Source of the DNA: Christensenellales bacterium
GTDB taxonomy: Bacteria > Bacillota > Clostridia > Christensenellales > CAZKXV01
Length of the DNA: 64,000 bases
Assembly: GCA_050952545.1 (NCBI GenBank)
Contig: JBMNLD010000002.1
Coordinates: 106,889-170,888, forward strand
Reading direction: 5' to 3'
Shown here: in pieces, positions 29,018-38,453 of the stretch
Numbering within the stretch: position 1 is the stretch's first letter
Layout: each line of letters begins with the position of its first letter
Program-made: the position numbers and the translations under genes
Notes under the pieces: model-generated
The model's database searches: none
The model's input: only the letters and a program-made list of their open reading frames with translations
What the model was told of the DNA's origin: nothing

Positions 29018-30031
29018 ATGGATAAGACAATTTTGAAAGATATTTCATCAAGAAAATTTCTTGTGACCGGCGCGTCGGGATTTCTCGGCAAAGCGATTGT
29101 GAAGCGTTTGCTTAATGACGGAGCGAAGATTATTGCCGCCGATTACAGAATACATCCCAAGCTGAAAGAGCTTGAGGGCGACAGCGTCGCGATATGGAAT
29201 GTGGATTTAACGGGCGCGTATGAATTTCCGGATGGCGTAACCGATGTCATTCATGCGGCGGGCAAGGTCTCTGACTGGGGCAGCTACGAGTCCTTTTACA
29301 GTATTAATGTGGACGCTACGCTTAACCTGATGAAAAAAGCGAAGTCTTATGGTGCTGCTAAATTCCTTTTCGTAAGCTCTATCGATGTGCACGGCTTTAA
29401 CGGACACAATGAGGAGACCGAAGACGGAACATATTATCCGACACCGCAGTATCATTATCCTACAACCAAGCTGATTGCCGAAAAGCAAGTCAGGGAGTAT
29501 AACTCTCCCGAAATGAAAACGGTGTGCATTAGACCCTGCACGGTTTACGGCCCCGGCGACACCACGGTGCATAAACTTATTATGGAGGCTATCGAGCAGG
29601 GCAAAATGGGCTTTATAGGCAAGGGCGAGTATTTGATTTCGAGAATATACATAGACGACTTAGTGGACGGTCTTGTCAGGGCGCTGGAATTCGGCAAGGG
29701 AGGAGACGCTTACAATATAGTGTCGGGAGAAAAGATTAACTGGCTTGAATGGGTGGACGCGATATCCGAAGAATTAGATGTCAAAACGCCTAAACTCAAG
29801 ACGCCGTATTGCATCGCGTACGCCTTAGCGTCCGCGATGGAAGGCATTTGGAAGCTGTTTAAGGCCAAAAGCGCGCCTGTGCTGACAAGAATGAGAATAG
29901 ACCACGCGGGACACGACTTCTATTTTGTCCCGAAAAAAGCCGTGGAAGAACTCGGGTTTCATTCTAAAACAAACTGGAGGGACGGAGTCAAAAAAATGGT
30001 CGAGGATTATCTTATAAATAAAGGCAATTAA
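29018..30031 (+). CDS. NAD-dependent epimerase/dehydratase (extended SDR, 3-beta-HSD-like)
   Basis: VTGASGFLG, HAAG, YPTTK (YxxxK) and IRPCTVYGPGD. Confidence 0.9.
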   Translation: MDKTILKDISSRKFLVTGASGFLGKAIVKRLLNDGAKIIAADYRIHPKLKELEGDSVAIWNVDLTGAYEFPDGVTDVIHAAGKVSDWGSYESFYSINVDATLNLMKKAKSYGAAKFLFVSSIDVHGFNGHNEETEDGTYYPTPQYHYPTTKLIAEKQVREYNSPEMKTVCIRPCTVYGPGDTTVHKLIMEAIEQGKMGFIGKGEYLISRIYIDDLVDGLVRALEFGKGGDAYNIVSGEKINWLEWVDAISEELDVKTPKLKTPYCIAYALASAMEGIWKLFKAKSAPVLTRMRIDHAGHDFYFVPKKAVEELGFHSKTNWRDGVKKMVEDYLINKGN

Positions 30032-30087
30032 TTTCAGAGAATATTTTTGCATTTATTACAAATAATTACATTAAAAGGAGGACAAAA

Positions 30088-30243
30088 ATGCAAAAACTTA
30101 AATCTGGTCAGAATGCACCTAAATCCGGAACCTATAAGGTTGTTGACAGCGATGGCAAGACCCTTTACACAGTTAATGTAGAAAAAGGCGAAAGAATGCC
30201 CCCCACACAGGGAAAGAACAATCACTTTGAGCTTCAGAGCTAA
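30088..30243 (+). CDS. YjzC family small protein (51 aa, below the ORF-track cutoff)
   Basis: AAGGAGG RBS; MQKLKSGQNAPKSGTYKVV...GERMPPTQ; followed by a terminator hairpin. Confidence 0.8.
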   Translation: MQKLKSGQNAPKSGTYKVVDSDGKTLYTVNVEKGERMPPTQGKNNHFELQS

Positions 30244-30350
30244 ATGTCAGACCGCGAATAGCGGTCTGAATTTTTTTGCCGCCCTTTCGGAGCAATGAGG
30301 GTTCTGAGTGGGGCGCCAGCGTGGAAAAGACGCCGTTAGAGCGGTATAAC

Positions 30351-30381
30351 AATTCCGTTGTCCGTCGAGGACAACGGAATT
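30351..30381. repeat. REP-like palindrome (family A)
   Basis: aattccgttgtcc-gtcga-ggacaacggaatt. Confidence 0.75.
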
Positions 30382-30424
30382 TATTTGCTAATCCTAATCA
30401 TATGAGATAGAATATTAAAGTCAT

Positions 30425-31315
30425 ATGAAAATTACCAGGATATCCGCCAATTTATTGCTGATGATTATTACCGTCTTTTGGGGACTGGGTTTTGTGCTGT
30501 CGAGAATGGCACTTGATAACGGTATGACCGCGTCGTTAATTAATTTTCTCAGGGGGCTCTTGTTTCTTGTTATGACGCTTGCGTTCTTTCATAAGAAAAT
30601 TTTCAATATGACCGCTTACGATTTCAAGGTGGGGCTGCTTGTGGGAATTTTTAATTTCCTCGGCTTTATTACGCAGACTATCGGCGCAAAATTTACGACG
30701 CCTTCAAATAACGCTTTTCTTACGGTGACAAATGTGCTCATGGTGCCTTTTATCGTGTGGGCTGTCTATAAGAAGCGCCCGAAAATAAGAATTTTCGTCT
30801 CGGTTATCATATGCCTTTACGGCATGGCGATACTGACGGGATTTATAAGGGAGAGTTATTCGGTAAACATCGGCGACTTATATACGATTGTGTGCGCTTT
30901 TTTCTTTGCGTTGTCTATTGCGGTAATCGGAAACAGCGCACTAAAATCCGAATTTTCCGTTATAGCTTTTATGATGGCTGCGGTGCAAATGGCGGGAAGC
31001 CTCGTTTTGTTTATTTTTCAGGACATCAAAACTCTGTCTACGGTAAATTGGGCCAGCTCTGTTATTCAAGTAATAATATTAGGCGTGGTATGCTCGTTTT
31101 TCGCGCAGACCGTGCAGGTCATAGCGCAAAAGCATACGAGCGCGTCGGCGGCGGCGCTTATTATGACACTGGAGGGCGTATTCGGCGCCGTATTTTCAAT
31201 ACTGTTTAAGTATGAGGTATTAAGTTATTCTCTTATTATCGGCGGATTGCTCATTATGCTCAGCCTGTTTATTTCGGAATACGATTTTAATTCCCTAAAA
31301 AAGCCAAAAGATTAA
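30425..31315 (+). CDS. DMT/EamA family transporter
   Basis: Ten TM helices in two EamA repeats; TTPSNNAFLT and EGVFG. Confidence 0.9.
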   Translation: MKITRISANLLLMIITVFWGLGFVLSRMALDNGMTASLINFLRGLLFLVMTLAFFHKKIFNMTAYDFKVGLLVGIFNFLGFITQTIGAKFTTPSNNAFLTVTNVLMVPFIVWAVYKKRPKIRIFVSVIICLYGMAILTGFIRESYSVNIGDLYTIVCAFFFALSIAVIGNSALKSEFSVIAFMMAAVQMAGSLVLFIFQDIKTLSTVNWASSVIQVIILGVVCSFFAQTVQVIAQKHTSASAAALIMTLEGVFGAVFSILFKYEVLSYSLIIGGLLIMLSLFISEYDFNSLKKPKD

Positions 31316-31402
31316 AAAATATATATGATATAATTAAAAAAACACTCTGATTGGAACAAAAAGACCTTTTTGTTACACTTATTAAGAGAAAGGAGTATCG
31401 TG

Positions 31403-31927
31403 ATGGCAAGCCGATCAGATATCTTTTTCAACGAGGTATATGAAGAGCATTACAAGAGCGTATTGAAATTCATTATATTGAAGGTGAGAACGCTGGACGA
31501 TGCGGGCGATATCGTTCAGGATGTATTCGCGGAATTTTATTCGATGATATTAAAAAAAGGAGCGGATTATGTAAAAAATCCCAAGGCGTTGCTGCTGAAG
31601 ATATGTAAATTCAGATTATACAGGTACTACGGCTTGCTGTATAAATTAAGAAACAAAATCAGCGTAACAGACGGGCATAATGCGGATATCGAACTAATCG
31701 ATTACGAGATAGACGACAAATATGCGAATATGTTGGATATGGACGCGGTCTATAAGATAGTCAGGAGAAAACCCGGAGATATCCAGAAAGTAATTTATAT
31801 GTATTACTATCTCGATATGACGATAAGGGAAATAGCCTCAGAGACACACTTAAGCGAATCCGATATTAAGCACAAGATTTACAGGACACTTGAAGAAATC
31901 CGAAAATTATTAAAGGAAGGTGACTGA
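31403..31927 (+). CDS. ECF RNA polymerase sigma factor
   Basis: DAGDIVQDVF (region 2) and MTIREIASETHLSESDIKHKIYR (region 4). Confidence 0.85.
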   Translation: MASRSDIFFNEVYEEHYKSVLKFIILKVRTLDDAGDIVQDVFAEFYSMILKKGADYVKNPKALLLKICKFRLYRYYGLLYKLRNKISVTDGHNADIELIDYEIDDKYANMLDMDAVYKIVRRKPGDIQKVIYMYYYLDMTIREIASETHLSESDIKHKIYRTLEEIRKLLKEGD

Positions 31928-31929
31928 AA

Positions 31930-33954
31930 ATGAAAGAGAAAGAATACCTAAAAACAGTACTTAGCGAAAAGGTTACAAATAAAGAAGCAATCAGAGCCGA
32001 GGCAAAGGAACGTGCTAAATCCATAAAGAGCAGAGGTCGTTATATGTATAAAAAAATTATATTCTCCGGAGCGCTGGTACTAATTATCGCGCTTATTGCG
32101 AGTATCGTGGTCTTCACGCCGCAGAGCTTAAGATACTCCGAACCCGAAAAGATCAACGGCTATGAGGAAATATATAAGGTAATAGAGAAATTTAATAAAG
32201 AGAATAGCAACTTTGAACTCTCAGATATATTCAGCATTCAGAAAAAAGAAACCGACATAGCAGTCGCTCCGCCGGGAGCGGCTCAGCCCGAAACGGCAGT
32301 AAACGGAGAGGCTTCGGGCAGGGATTATTCAGAGACGAATATCCAGACCGAAGGAATGGACGAGGGCGATATCGTAAAGGTCGACGGAAATTATATTTAC
32401 AAGATTAATTCCGCGGGCTGCGTCATAATCGCCGCAAACGACGGCAATTTGGAAAAGGTTTCGACGATAAGCGTCGAGAACTATATTCCTAAGGAGTTAT
32501 TTGTTATAGGGGACACGCTTGTTATGATAGGAGGCATATATGAGCCCGTATATTATCATAACTCAATCAATTCCATTACCCCCGAGCCCATGCGCGACTG
32601 TTATTGCTATGTCAGCTATGATAAGACGGACATCAGGATTTATGATATCTCTTCAAGAGCGAATCCGGAATTATTAAGAAAAATTACCGTTGACGGCAAC
32701 TATTTTACATCTAGAATAATAGAAAAGAGCAATGAATTGCTGTATATGGTAAATTATAGTTTCAGTTATTCGGCGGAAGACACATATATTCCGGGTATTT
32801 CGGATTCCATGGTAAACGGCGGCGAGGAAAAGCCGATACCCGCTGAAGACATCTACTATTACGACGATATAGCGGGTATATCGTATTTGATCGTCGGTAA
32901 AATCTCCCTCGACAATCCGGAGATTTCTCAAAAGTCGGCGTTTCTTGGGCTCGGCGGCGAAATCTATGTATCAAGTAAGAATATTTATGTCGCGACTTAT
33001 GACCGGTCTTCGACTTATAAGACCAATGTCTGGGGGTGGAAATGGAGTACGGGTACTGATATGGAGCGACTGACCAGAATCGTAAAATTAAGCATTGACG
33101 ACCTAAAGCAAAAAGCGTCAGTGAGGATTCCCGGGATGATAAAAGACAGATATTCATTTGATGAGTATCAGGGATATTTAAGGGTTGCGACAACGGATAA
33201 CGCCAATAATATATTTGTATTGGATTCGGGATTGAATATAGCGGGCAGTATCAGAAACATCGCGCCAGGCGAGACGATTTATTCGGTAAGATTTAACGGC
33301 GCTATCGGCTCGCTTATTACTTTCGAGCGAATTGACCCGTATTACGACCTAGACTTGTCAGACCCCGAAAACCCTAAAATCTCCAAAGGATTAAAAGAAG
33401 CGGGAGTAAGCCATTATATACATTATCTGAATGATTATTATACGATAGGAGTAGGCAAAAACAGCGGAATTAATGGCGGATGGGTGGAATGGAAAGAATT
33501 AAAAGTATCGTTGTATGAGCACTCAAGCGGCAATCCCGTCAATATCAAAACGGTGCTGCTACCCGAGCAAAGCGATAACATCATCTGTCATTCCGAACTT
33601 TTCTATAACCCTAAAGCGCTGCTTTACAATAAAGAGAGAGGGCTGTTCGCGTTTACCTACGAGGCATGGACTTATAGCTATTACAGTTATTCCTCGTATT
33701 ATCAGGGGCTTGCCGTATTCAGCTTTGACCTTGAAGCGGAAGACGCCCAAGATATGCTCGTATACCGCGGCACGCTGACGAATATGCAAGATGCGGCGGA
33801 TGTTCATCAGGACGATTATTATAACAGTTATATGTCGTTTGTATCAAGGGGCAAGCAAATAGGCGATTATATCTATACGATAAGCGAAAGAGTGATAACC
33901 TCTTACGATATCGAAACACTCGAAAAGGTCGATGAACTGATAATACTGGATTGA
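31930..33954 (+). CDS. Membrane-anchored beta-propeller domain protein (putative anti-sigma/sensor)
   Basis: N-terminal TM; YSETNIQTEGMDEGDIVKVDG and FDEYQGYLRVATT, typical of the Beta_propel family. Confidence 0.85.
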   Translation: MKEKEYLKTVLSEKVTNKEAIRAEAKERAKSIKSRGRYMYKKIIFSGALVLIIALIASIVVFTPQSLRYSEPEKINGYEEIYKVIEKFNKENSNFELSDIFSIQKKETDIAVAPPGAAQPETAVNGEASGRDYSETNIQTEGMDEGDIVKVDGNYIYKINSAGCVIIAANDGNLEKVSTISVENYIPKELFVIGDTLVMIGGIYEPVYYHNSINSITPEPMRDCYCYVSYDKTDIRIYDISSRANPELLRKITVDGNYFTSRIIEKSNELLYMVNYSFSYSAEDTYIPGISDSMVNGGEEKPIPAEDIYYYDDIAGISYLIVGKISLDNPEISQKSAFLGLGGEIYVSSKNIYVATYDRSSTYKTNVWGWKWSTGTDMERLTRIVKLSIDDLKQKASVRIPGMIKDRYSFDEYQGYLRVATTDNANNIFVLDSGLNIAGSIRNIAPGETIYSVRFNGAIGSLITFERIDPYYDLDLSDPENPKISKGLKEAGVSHYIHYLNDYYTIGVGKNSGINGGWVEWKELKVSLYEHSSGNPVNIKTVLLPEQSDNIICHSELFYNPKALLYNKERGLFAFTYEAWTYSYYSYSSYYQGLAVFSFDLEAEDAQDMLVYRGTLTNMQDAADVHQDDYYNSYMSFVSRGKQIGDYIYTISERVITSYDIETLEKVDELIILD

Positions 33955-33982
33955 TTCCGTCGTCCTCGACGGACGACGGAAT
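33954..33982. repeat. REP-like palindrome (family A, reverse orientation)
   Basis: attccgtcgtcc-tcgac-ggacgacggaat. Confidence 0.75.
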
Positions 33983-34036
33983 AATTTACCAAAATATATA
34001 AACGGTCTGCCGTTAAAAATATTAATGAGGTTTACT

Positions 34037-34681
34037 ATGAAAAAGACTTTATTGATATTTTTAACGGTATTTATAATGATGTTCACTGTAATGTCGTTCA
34101 TTAATACCGCAACTATGCCCGAAGCGCACGCGCAATCCACAGTATATACGGTAAAATGGGGCGACAGCATGTGGAAGATAGCCGTAAAATTCGAAGTAGG
34201 GCTGGCGGAACTCATTAAGGCGAATCCGTCCATTAAAAATCCCGCGCTAATATATGTGGGTCAGAAGATATATATCCCGGAAGCTGCGCCGTTAAAGACC
34301 ATTGAGGACGAAGTATTGAGACTGACTAATTTGCAGAGGTCGTATAACGGTCTGCCGCCGCTGACCTATAATTGGCAGGTGGCGAGAGTCGCGAGAATTA
34401 AATCCGAGGATATGATTAAGAATAATTATTTCAATCATATCTCGCCGATTTACGGGTCGCCTTTCAAGATGCTCGAGTCTTACAGAATTTATTTCTCCTC
34501 GGCAGCGGAAAATATCGCTTACGGACAGAGATCCGCCCAGGAAGTAATAAATTCCTGGATGAATTCTCCGGGACACAGGGCGAATATCCTTTCCAGAACG
34601 GTAACGCAAATAGGCATAGGCGTAGCGAAAAAATCTAACGGCACGATGTACTTTACGCAGATATTCATCAAGCCCGTATAA
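34037..34681 (+). CDS. SafA/ExsA-type LysM plus CAP (YkwD-like) domain protein
   Basis: YTVKWGDSMWKIA...NPALIYVGQKI; HISPIYGSPF and WMNSPGHRANIL. Confidence 0.9.
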   Translation: MKKTLLIFLTVFIMMFTVMSFINTATMPEAHAQSTVYTVKWGDSMWKIAVKFEVGLAELIKANPSIKNPALIYVGQKIYIPEAAPLKTIEDEVLRLTNLQRSYNGLPPLTYNWQVARVARIKSEDMIKNNYFNHISPIYGSPFKMLESYRIYFSSAAENIAYGQRSAQEVINSWMNSPGHRANILSRTVTQIGIGVAKKSNGTMYFTQIFIKPV

Positions 34682-34810
34682 ATCCCGGGGCAAGTAAAGG
34701 TCAAGAGATAATACCGCCATATGGCGGTATTATCTTATAGGTTGTCGAAAACAAGCATTCTTAAATTATCTATGGTCTGATAGATAACACAGCCGTTCAG
34801 GCTGTAATAA

Positions 34811-35002
34811 TCAATCGAGATAGAATATTTCTTCCACGCTTAACTTAAATAGTCTTGCGATTTTTATGGCTAATTCTAAAGTCGGATTATACTTACCGTT
34901 CTCTATCGCAATGACAGTCTGTCGCGTTACTCCCAGTTTTTTCGCAATATCTTCTTGTCTTAATCCCGCTTGTTTACGGAGATTTCTGATATTATTTCTC
35001 AC
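34811..35002 (-). CDS. XRE-family HTH regulator
   Basis: VTRQTVIAIENGKYNPTLELA. Confidence 0.9.
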   Translation of the reverse strand: MRNNIRNLRKQAGLRQEDIAKKLGVTRQTVIAIENGKYNPTLELAIKIARLFKLSVEEIFYLD

Positions 35003-35210
35003 CTTTAATCATCGTCCGTTTTAAGTATTGTTCAATGCTTATCCTGATAATATTCTGAGAGATAAGCAAAATAAACGCAATTAGATTAAAACTTTCGTCC
35101 TTTATATAGTCTGTTATTATCCAGATAAACAAGAAGAGGATTGTATAAAACCAGGAAATTTTAATGGCTTTTAATGATAGAGCGGTTTCCATTTCATCCA
35201 TTTTTTTCAT
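34992..35210 (-). CDS. Small membrane protein coupled to the XRE gene
   Basis: MDEME start, two TM helices, overlaps the XRE start. Confidence 0.7.
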   Translation of the reverse strand: MKKMDEMETALSLKAIKISWFYTILFLFIWIITDYIKDESFNLIAFILLISQNIIRISIEQYLKRTMIKGEK

Positions 35211-35390
35211 TACACACCTCCAATGTAAAGTGCTCTTTACATTTTATAATAACATATATTATCAAAATGTCAAGAACTTTTTACATTTTTTATGACAGAC
35301 GGATATAAACATAATTTGACAAAGAATATAAATCCATAGATAATGTAAGAGGAATATGTTAAAGAATAAATATATTGTCGGAATGAATGC

Positions 35391-36398
35391 ATGAAAAGTA
35401 TTACGAAATATCAAATAACGGACGCGCAAATTCGGGCGGCTTTTATCGCGGCGGGAATAGGCGGAGTAAGCGAAACAGAGGAAATTTCTGACGGTTGGTA
35501 CAACAGCGTTTATTATGCGGTTGACAATAATAGCAATAAGTATGTGATGAAAATCGCGCCCGAAAAGAGCGTAAAGGTATTGACGCACGAACGGGGTATT
35601 ATGGCGGCGGAGGTTGAATTCTACCGCTTGCTGCGTGAAAAGACGGGGATAAAGACGCCTAAAATCATATATTCGGATTCTAGCGGAGGTATTATTCCGA
35701 CCTCATACTTTATTATGGAGTTTTTAGACGGCGAACGGCTTGACAAGGCAAAGCTGACACGGGAGGAAAGGCGTAAAGTTAAAGAGAAATTGGCTTGGAT
35801 TCTCGCGGAATTTCATAGATTGAAAGGCTCGGGATACGGGTACGCGCAAACGGGGCTTCATAATAACTGGAAAGACGCCTTAACGCATATGACAGGAATG
35901 CTTATAAGCGACGCCGCCTCGTTTAACAAAAAATGCAGGGTCGGCGAAAGGTTAATGTCATACATAGACAAATTCGCGGACGCGCTGAATAACGCCCCGT
36001 GCACGCTTGTGAATTTCGATCTCCACGCAATGAATATTTTCTGTAAAAATGTTAACGGCGAAATACAATTAAGTATTTTAGACCTCGAACGCGGTTTCTG
36101 GGGCGACCCGATAGGAGATTTTGTTTCCGTCGAAATGTTTAAGCCGTTTAATAAAAAAGAAATCATTGCCCTCTACAACCGTTACGCCGATGTGAAAATC
36201 GGCAAGAGCAGAGAGGAGCAGATCCGCTATTACCTGTTAAGCGCCTATCTTGCCGCGGTAATGTATACCGAACGCTTTTCAAGATTTAAGGGTATAAGTA
36301 AATTTATTAGCCCCGTCTATCTCGCCGGCACCGTCGCATGCAAACTCCTCGCCCTGCAAGCCTTCTCGGCACTGAAGAGACTAGAAAAAGAGGGGTAA
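35391..36398 (+). CDS. Aminoglycoside/choline phosphotransferase (APH-like kinase) family
   Basis: VMKIAP, YFIMEFLDG, VNFDLHAMNI and ILDLER. Confidence 0.85.
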   Translation: MKSITKYQITDAQIRAAFIAAGIGGVSETEEISDGWYNSVYYAVDNNSNKYVMKIAPEKSVKVLTHERGIMAAEVEFYRLLREKTGIKTPKIIYSDSSGGIIPTSYFIMEFLDGERLDKAKLTREERRKVKEKLAWILAEFHRLKGSGYGYAQTGLHNNWKDALTHMTGMLISDAASFNKKCRVGERLMSYIDKFADALNNAPCTLVNFDLHAMNIFCKNVNGEIQLSILDLERGFWGDPIGDFVSVEMFKPFNKKEIIALYNRYADVKIGKSREEQIRYYLLSAYLAAVMYTERFSRFKGISKFISPVYLAGTVACKLLALQAFSALKRLEKEG

Positions 36399-36514
36399 GG
36401 TGCTTTTCCAAATATGCCGATATCGGCAAGATATCTAATTTATGTTACGAATAATACTTTGATTGTTTGCCGATAATATGTTATAATAATCAAGAAGGCC
36501 ATAGGAGGATCGCG

Positions 36515-37405
36515 ATGAATTATTTATCGGTAGCGGATACTGCTAAAAAGTGGAATATGTCCGAGCGTACCGTCCGGAATTACTGTGCTCAAAAAAAGAT
36601 ACCCGGTGCGTTCCTTACGGGAAAGACATGGAATATACCCGAGAACGCCGCAAAGCCGAACAGGATAAATGCGAGAACAACTGCGCCGAAAACTTTGCTT
36701 GAAATTCTGAAAGCGGAGCAAGCAGCGAAAATCTCCGGTGGCATATATAATAAGGTTCAGATCGAACTGACCTACAATTCCAACCATATCGAGGGTAGCC
36801 GTCTCACCCATGACCAAACGCGCTATATCTTTGAGACGAACACCATCGACGCTGTCGGAGAAACAATGAATGTAGACGACATCGTGGAAACGGTGAATCA
36901 CTTCAAATGCATCGATATGATTATAGCGCAAGCGAAGTATATGCTATCGGAGAAGTTTATTAAGGAGTTGCATCTTACGCTCAAGAGCGGCACCAGCGAT
37001 GCGCGGTCCGGCTGGCTTGCCGTGGGCGATTATAAGCGTATGCCTAACGAGGTGGGCGGCAGAGAAACCACGCCGCCGGAGAAAGTCTCCGCTACAATGG
37101 GCACATTGCTTGCTGAGTATAACGCGACTAAAGAAAAAACGCTTGATGAGATTATAGATTTTCATGTTCGCTTTGAGTCCATTCATCCTTTTCAGGACGG
37201 CAACGGTCGCGTCGGGCGGCTTATCATGTTTAAAGAGTGTCTCCATAACAACATCGTACCGTTCATTATCGACGACGATATGAAGATGTTCTACTATCGG
37301 GGGTTGCATGAGTGGAACAGCGAGAAAGGTTATCTGACCGACACTTGTCTCGCGGCGCAGGATAAGTTCAAGAAGTATCTTGAGTATTTTAAAATAAGGT
37401 ATTAA
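36515..37405 (+). CDS. Fic family protein with an N-terminal HTH
   Basis: HPFQDGNGRVGR Fic motif; N-terminal YLSVADTAKKWNMSERTVR. Confidence 0.92.
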   Translation: MNYLSVADTAKKWNMSERTVRNYCAQKKIPGAFLTGKTWNIPENAAKPNRINARTTAPKTLLEILKAEQAAKISGGIYNKVQIELTYNSNHIEGSRLTHDQTRYIFETNTIDAVGETMNVDDIVETVNHFKCIDMIIAQAKYMLSEKFIKELHLTLKSGTSDARSGWLAVGDYKRMPNEVGGRETTPPEKVSATMGTLLAEYNATKEKTLDEIIDFHVRFESIHPFQDGNGRVGRLIMFKECLHNNIVPFIIDDDMKMFYYRGLHEWNSEKGYLTDTCLAAQDKFKKYLEYFKIRY

Positions 37406-37560
37406 TCTGAGGATCTGAGTTAGATGAAAGGGCGTTATGTCGTTAAGCGTTCTAGGAAATCTTACCTTAATGAATATTGAAACTTGAGAGGGGACAGCGT
37501 AATTAATTAACCCCAATCAATTGACAATTTCTGAAAAAAGCAATAATATAATTCTGCAAC

Positions 37561-37636
37561 GGGGATATGGCTCAGTTGGTAGAGCGATGCGTTCGCAATG
37601 CATAGGCCAGGGGTTCGAGTCCCCTTATCTCCACCA
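37561..37636 (+). tRNA. tRNA-Ala(CGC)
   Basis: 76-nt cloverleaf GGGGATAT...CCACCA; anticodon loop TT CGC AA; TTGACA promoter upstream. Confidence 0.95.
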
Positions 37637-37808
37637 GACAGCGACTGCGCTAATAGTCGCATAGCAAATACGGGCTTTTTGCCCGTATTTTGCTATGCCT
37701 CATTTTGCTTGTACGCTATCCGGTTGCAATTCGGTGCACCGAATTGCGTTACGCGGCTTTGCCGCTAGCTGTTGTTTTGCAACAGCGCAATTCCCCTCAT
37801 CCCCACCA
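37637..37808 (+). repeat. tRNA-linked ~149-bp multi-hairpin element plus degenerate tRNA-Ala 3' duplication (cccctcatccccacca)
   Basis: Aligns with the reverse complement of 2505-2653; contains a perfect 22-bp palindrome gcaattcggtgcaccgaattgc. Confidence 0.85.
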
Positions 37809-38093
37809 AGAGGAACGGCGTTTGAACACCGGCAATACGAAGTACATCTTCGAACGGAATTTCAGCGTGGTTTTTTCTTTTGTAAGACCAAAACAATAAC
37901 CGCGGTCTTTATTATCAGCTCTACCATTCGTAATACGATTAAAGAGATTTAATGATAGGAAGTGGAGAGCTACAAAAATACATATACCGCAAGCGCTTAT
38001 TGATTATAAATACAACAAATTACGATAATTTTAGATAACTCCGATTTGATTAATAAAAGCGCCTATTTTTGTCACCGATATTATATAGTCGGA

Positions 38094-38453
38094 TTAGGCG
38101 ATTTGGACGAAAACTTCGGTTATGTATTGGTTTTTATCATTTTTCGTCAAATAGGATTGGATGTATTTTTCGCAAAAATTGCCCATTATGGTGTAGTTGT
38201 GTTCTTTGCAATAGTTTTTTATTTTCTCATAGGTTTCCCCTAAAGTTTCATAGAAGCCAAAATGGTATGCGTGGATGCGTCTGCCCATTTTTACTTTTTG
38301 CGCTTCCGCGCAGTTTCCCGACAAAAGACGAATGTATATCTTAAATCGGACATGTTCGAATTTCGGTGTCTCGTCGCTAAATTCAATCCAACACATAGTG
38401 GGCTGCCATAATACATCAGGATATGTCGCAAAAACATAACGGAAAAATGGCAA
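38094..38453 (-). pseudogene. GyrI-like effector-binding domain fragment
   Basis: C-terminal YHFGFYETLGETYEKIKNYC...YITEVFVQI; no convincing start or RBS. Confidence 0.5.

Noticed and set aside
37690-37952. Two short ORFs after tRNA-Ala
   Set aside because: They translate the palindromic mini-element and have no RBS
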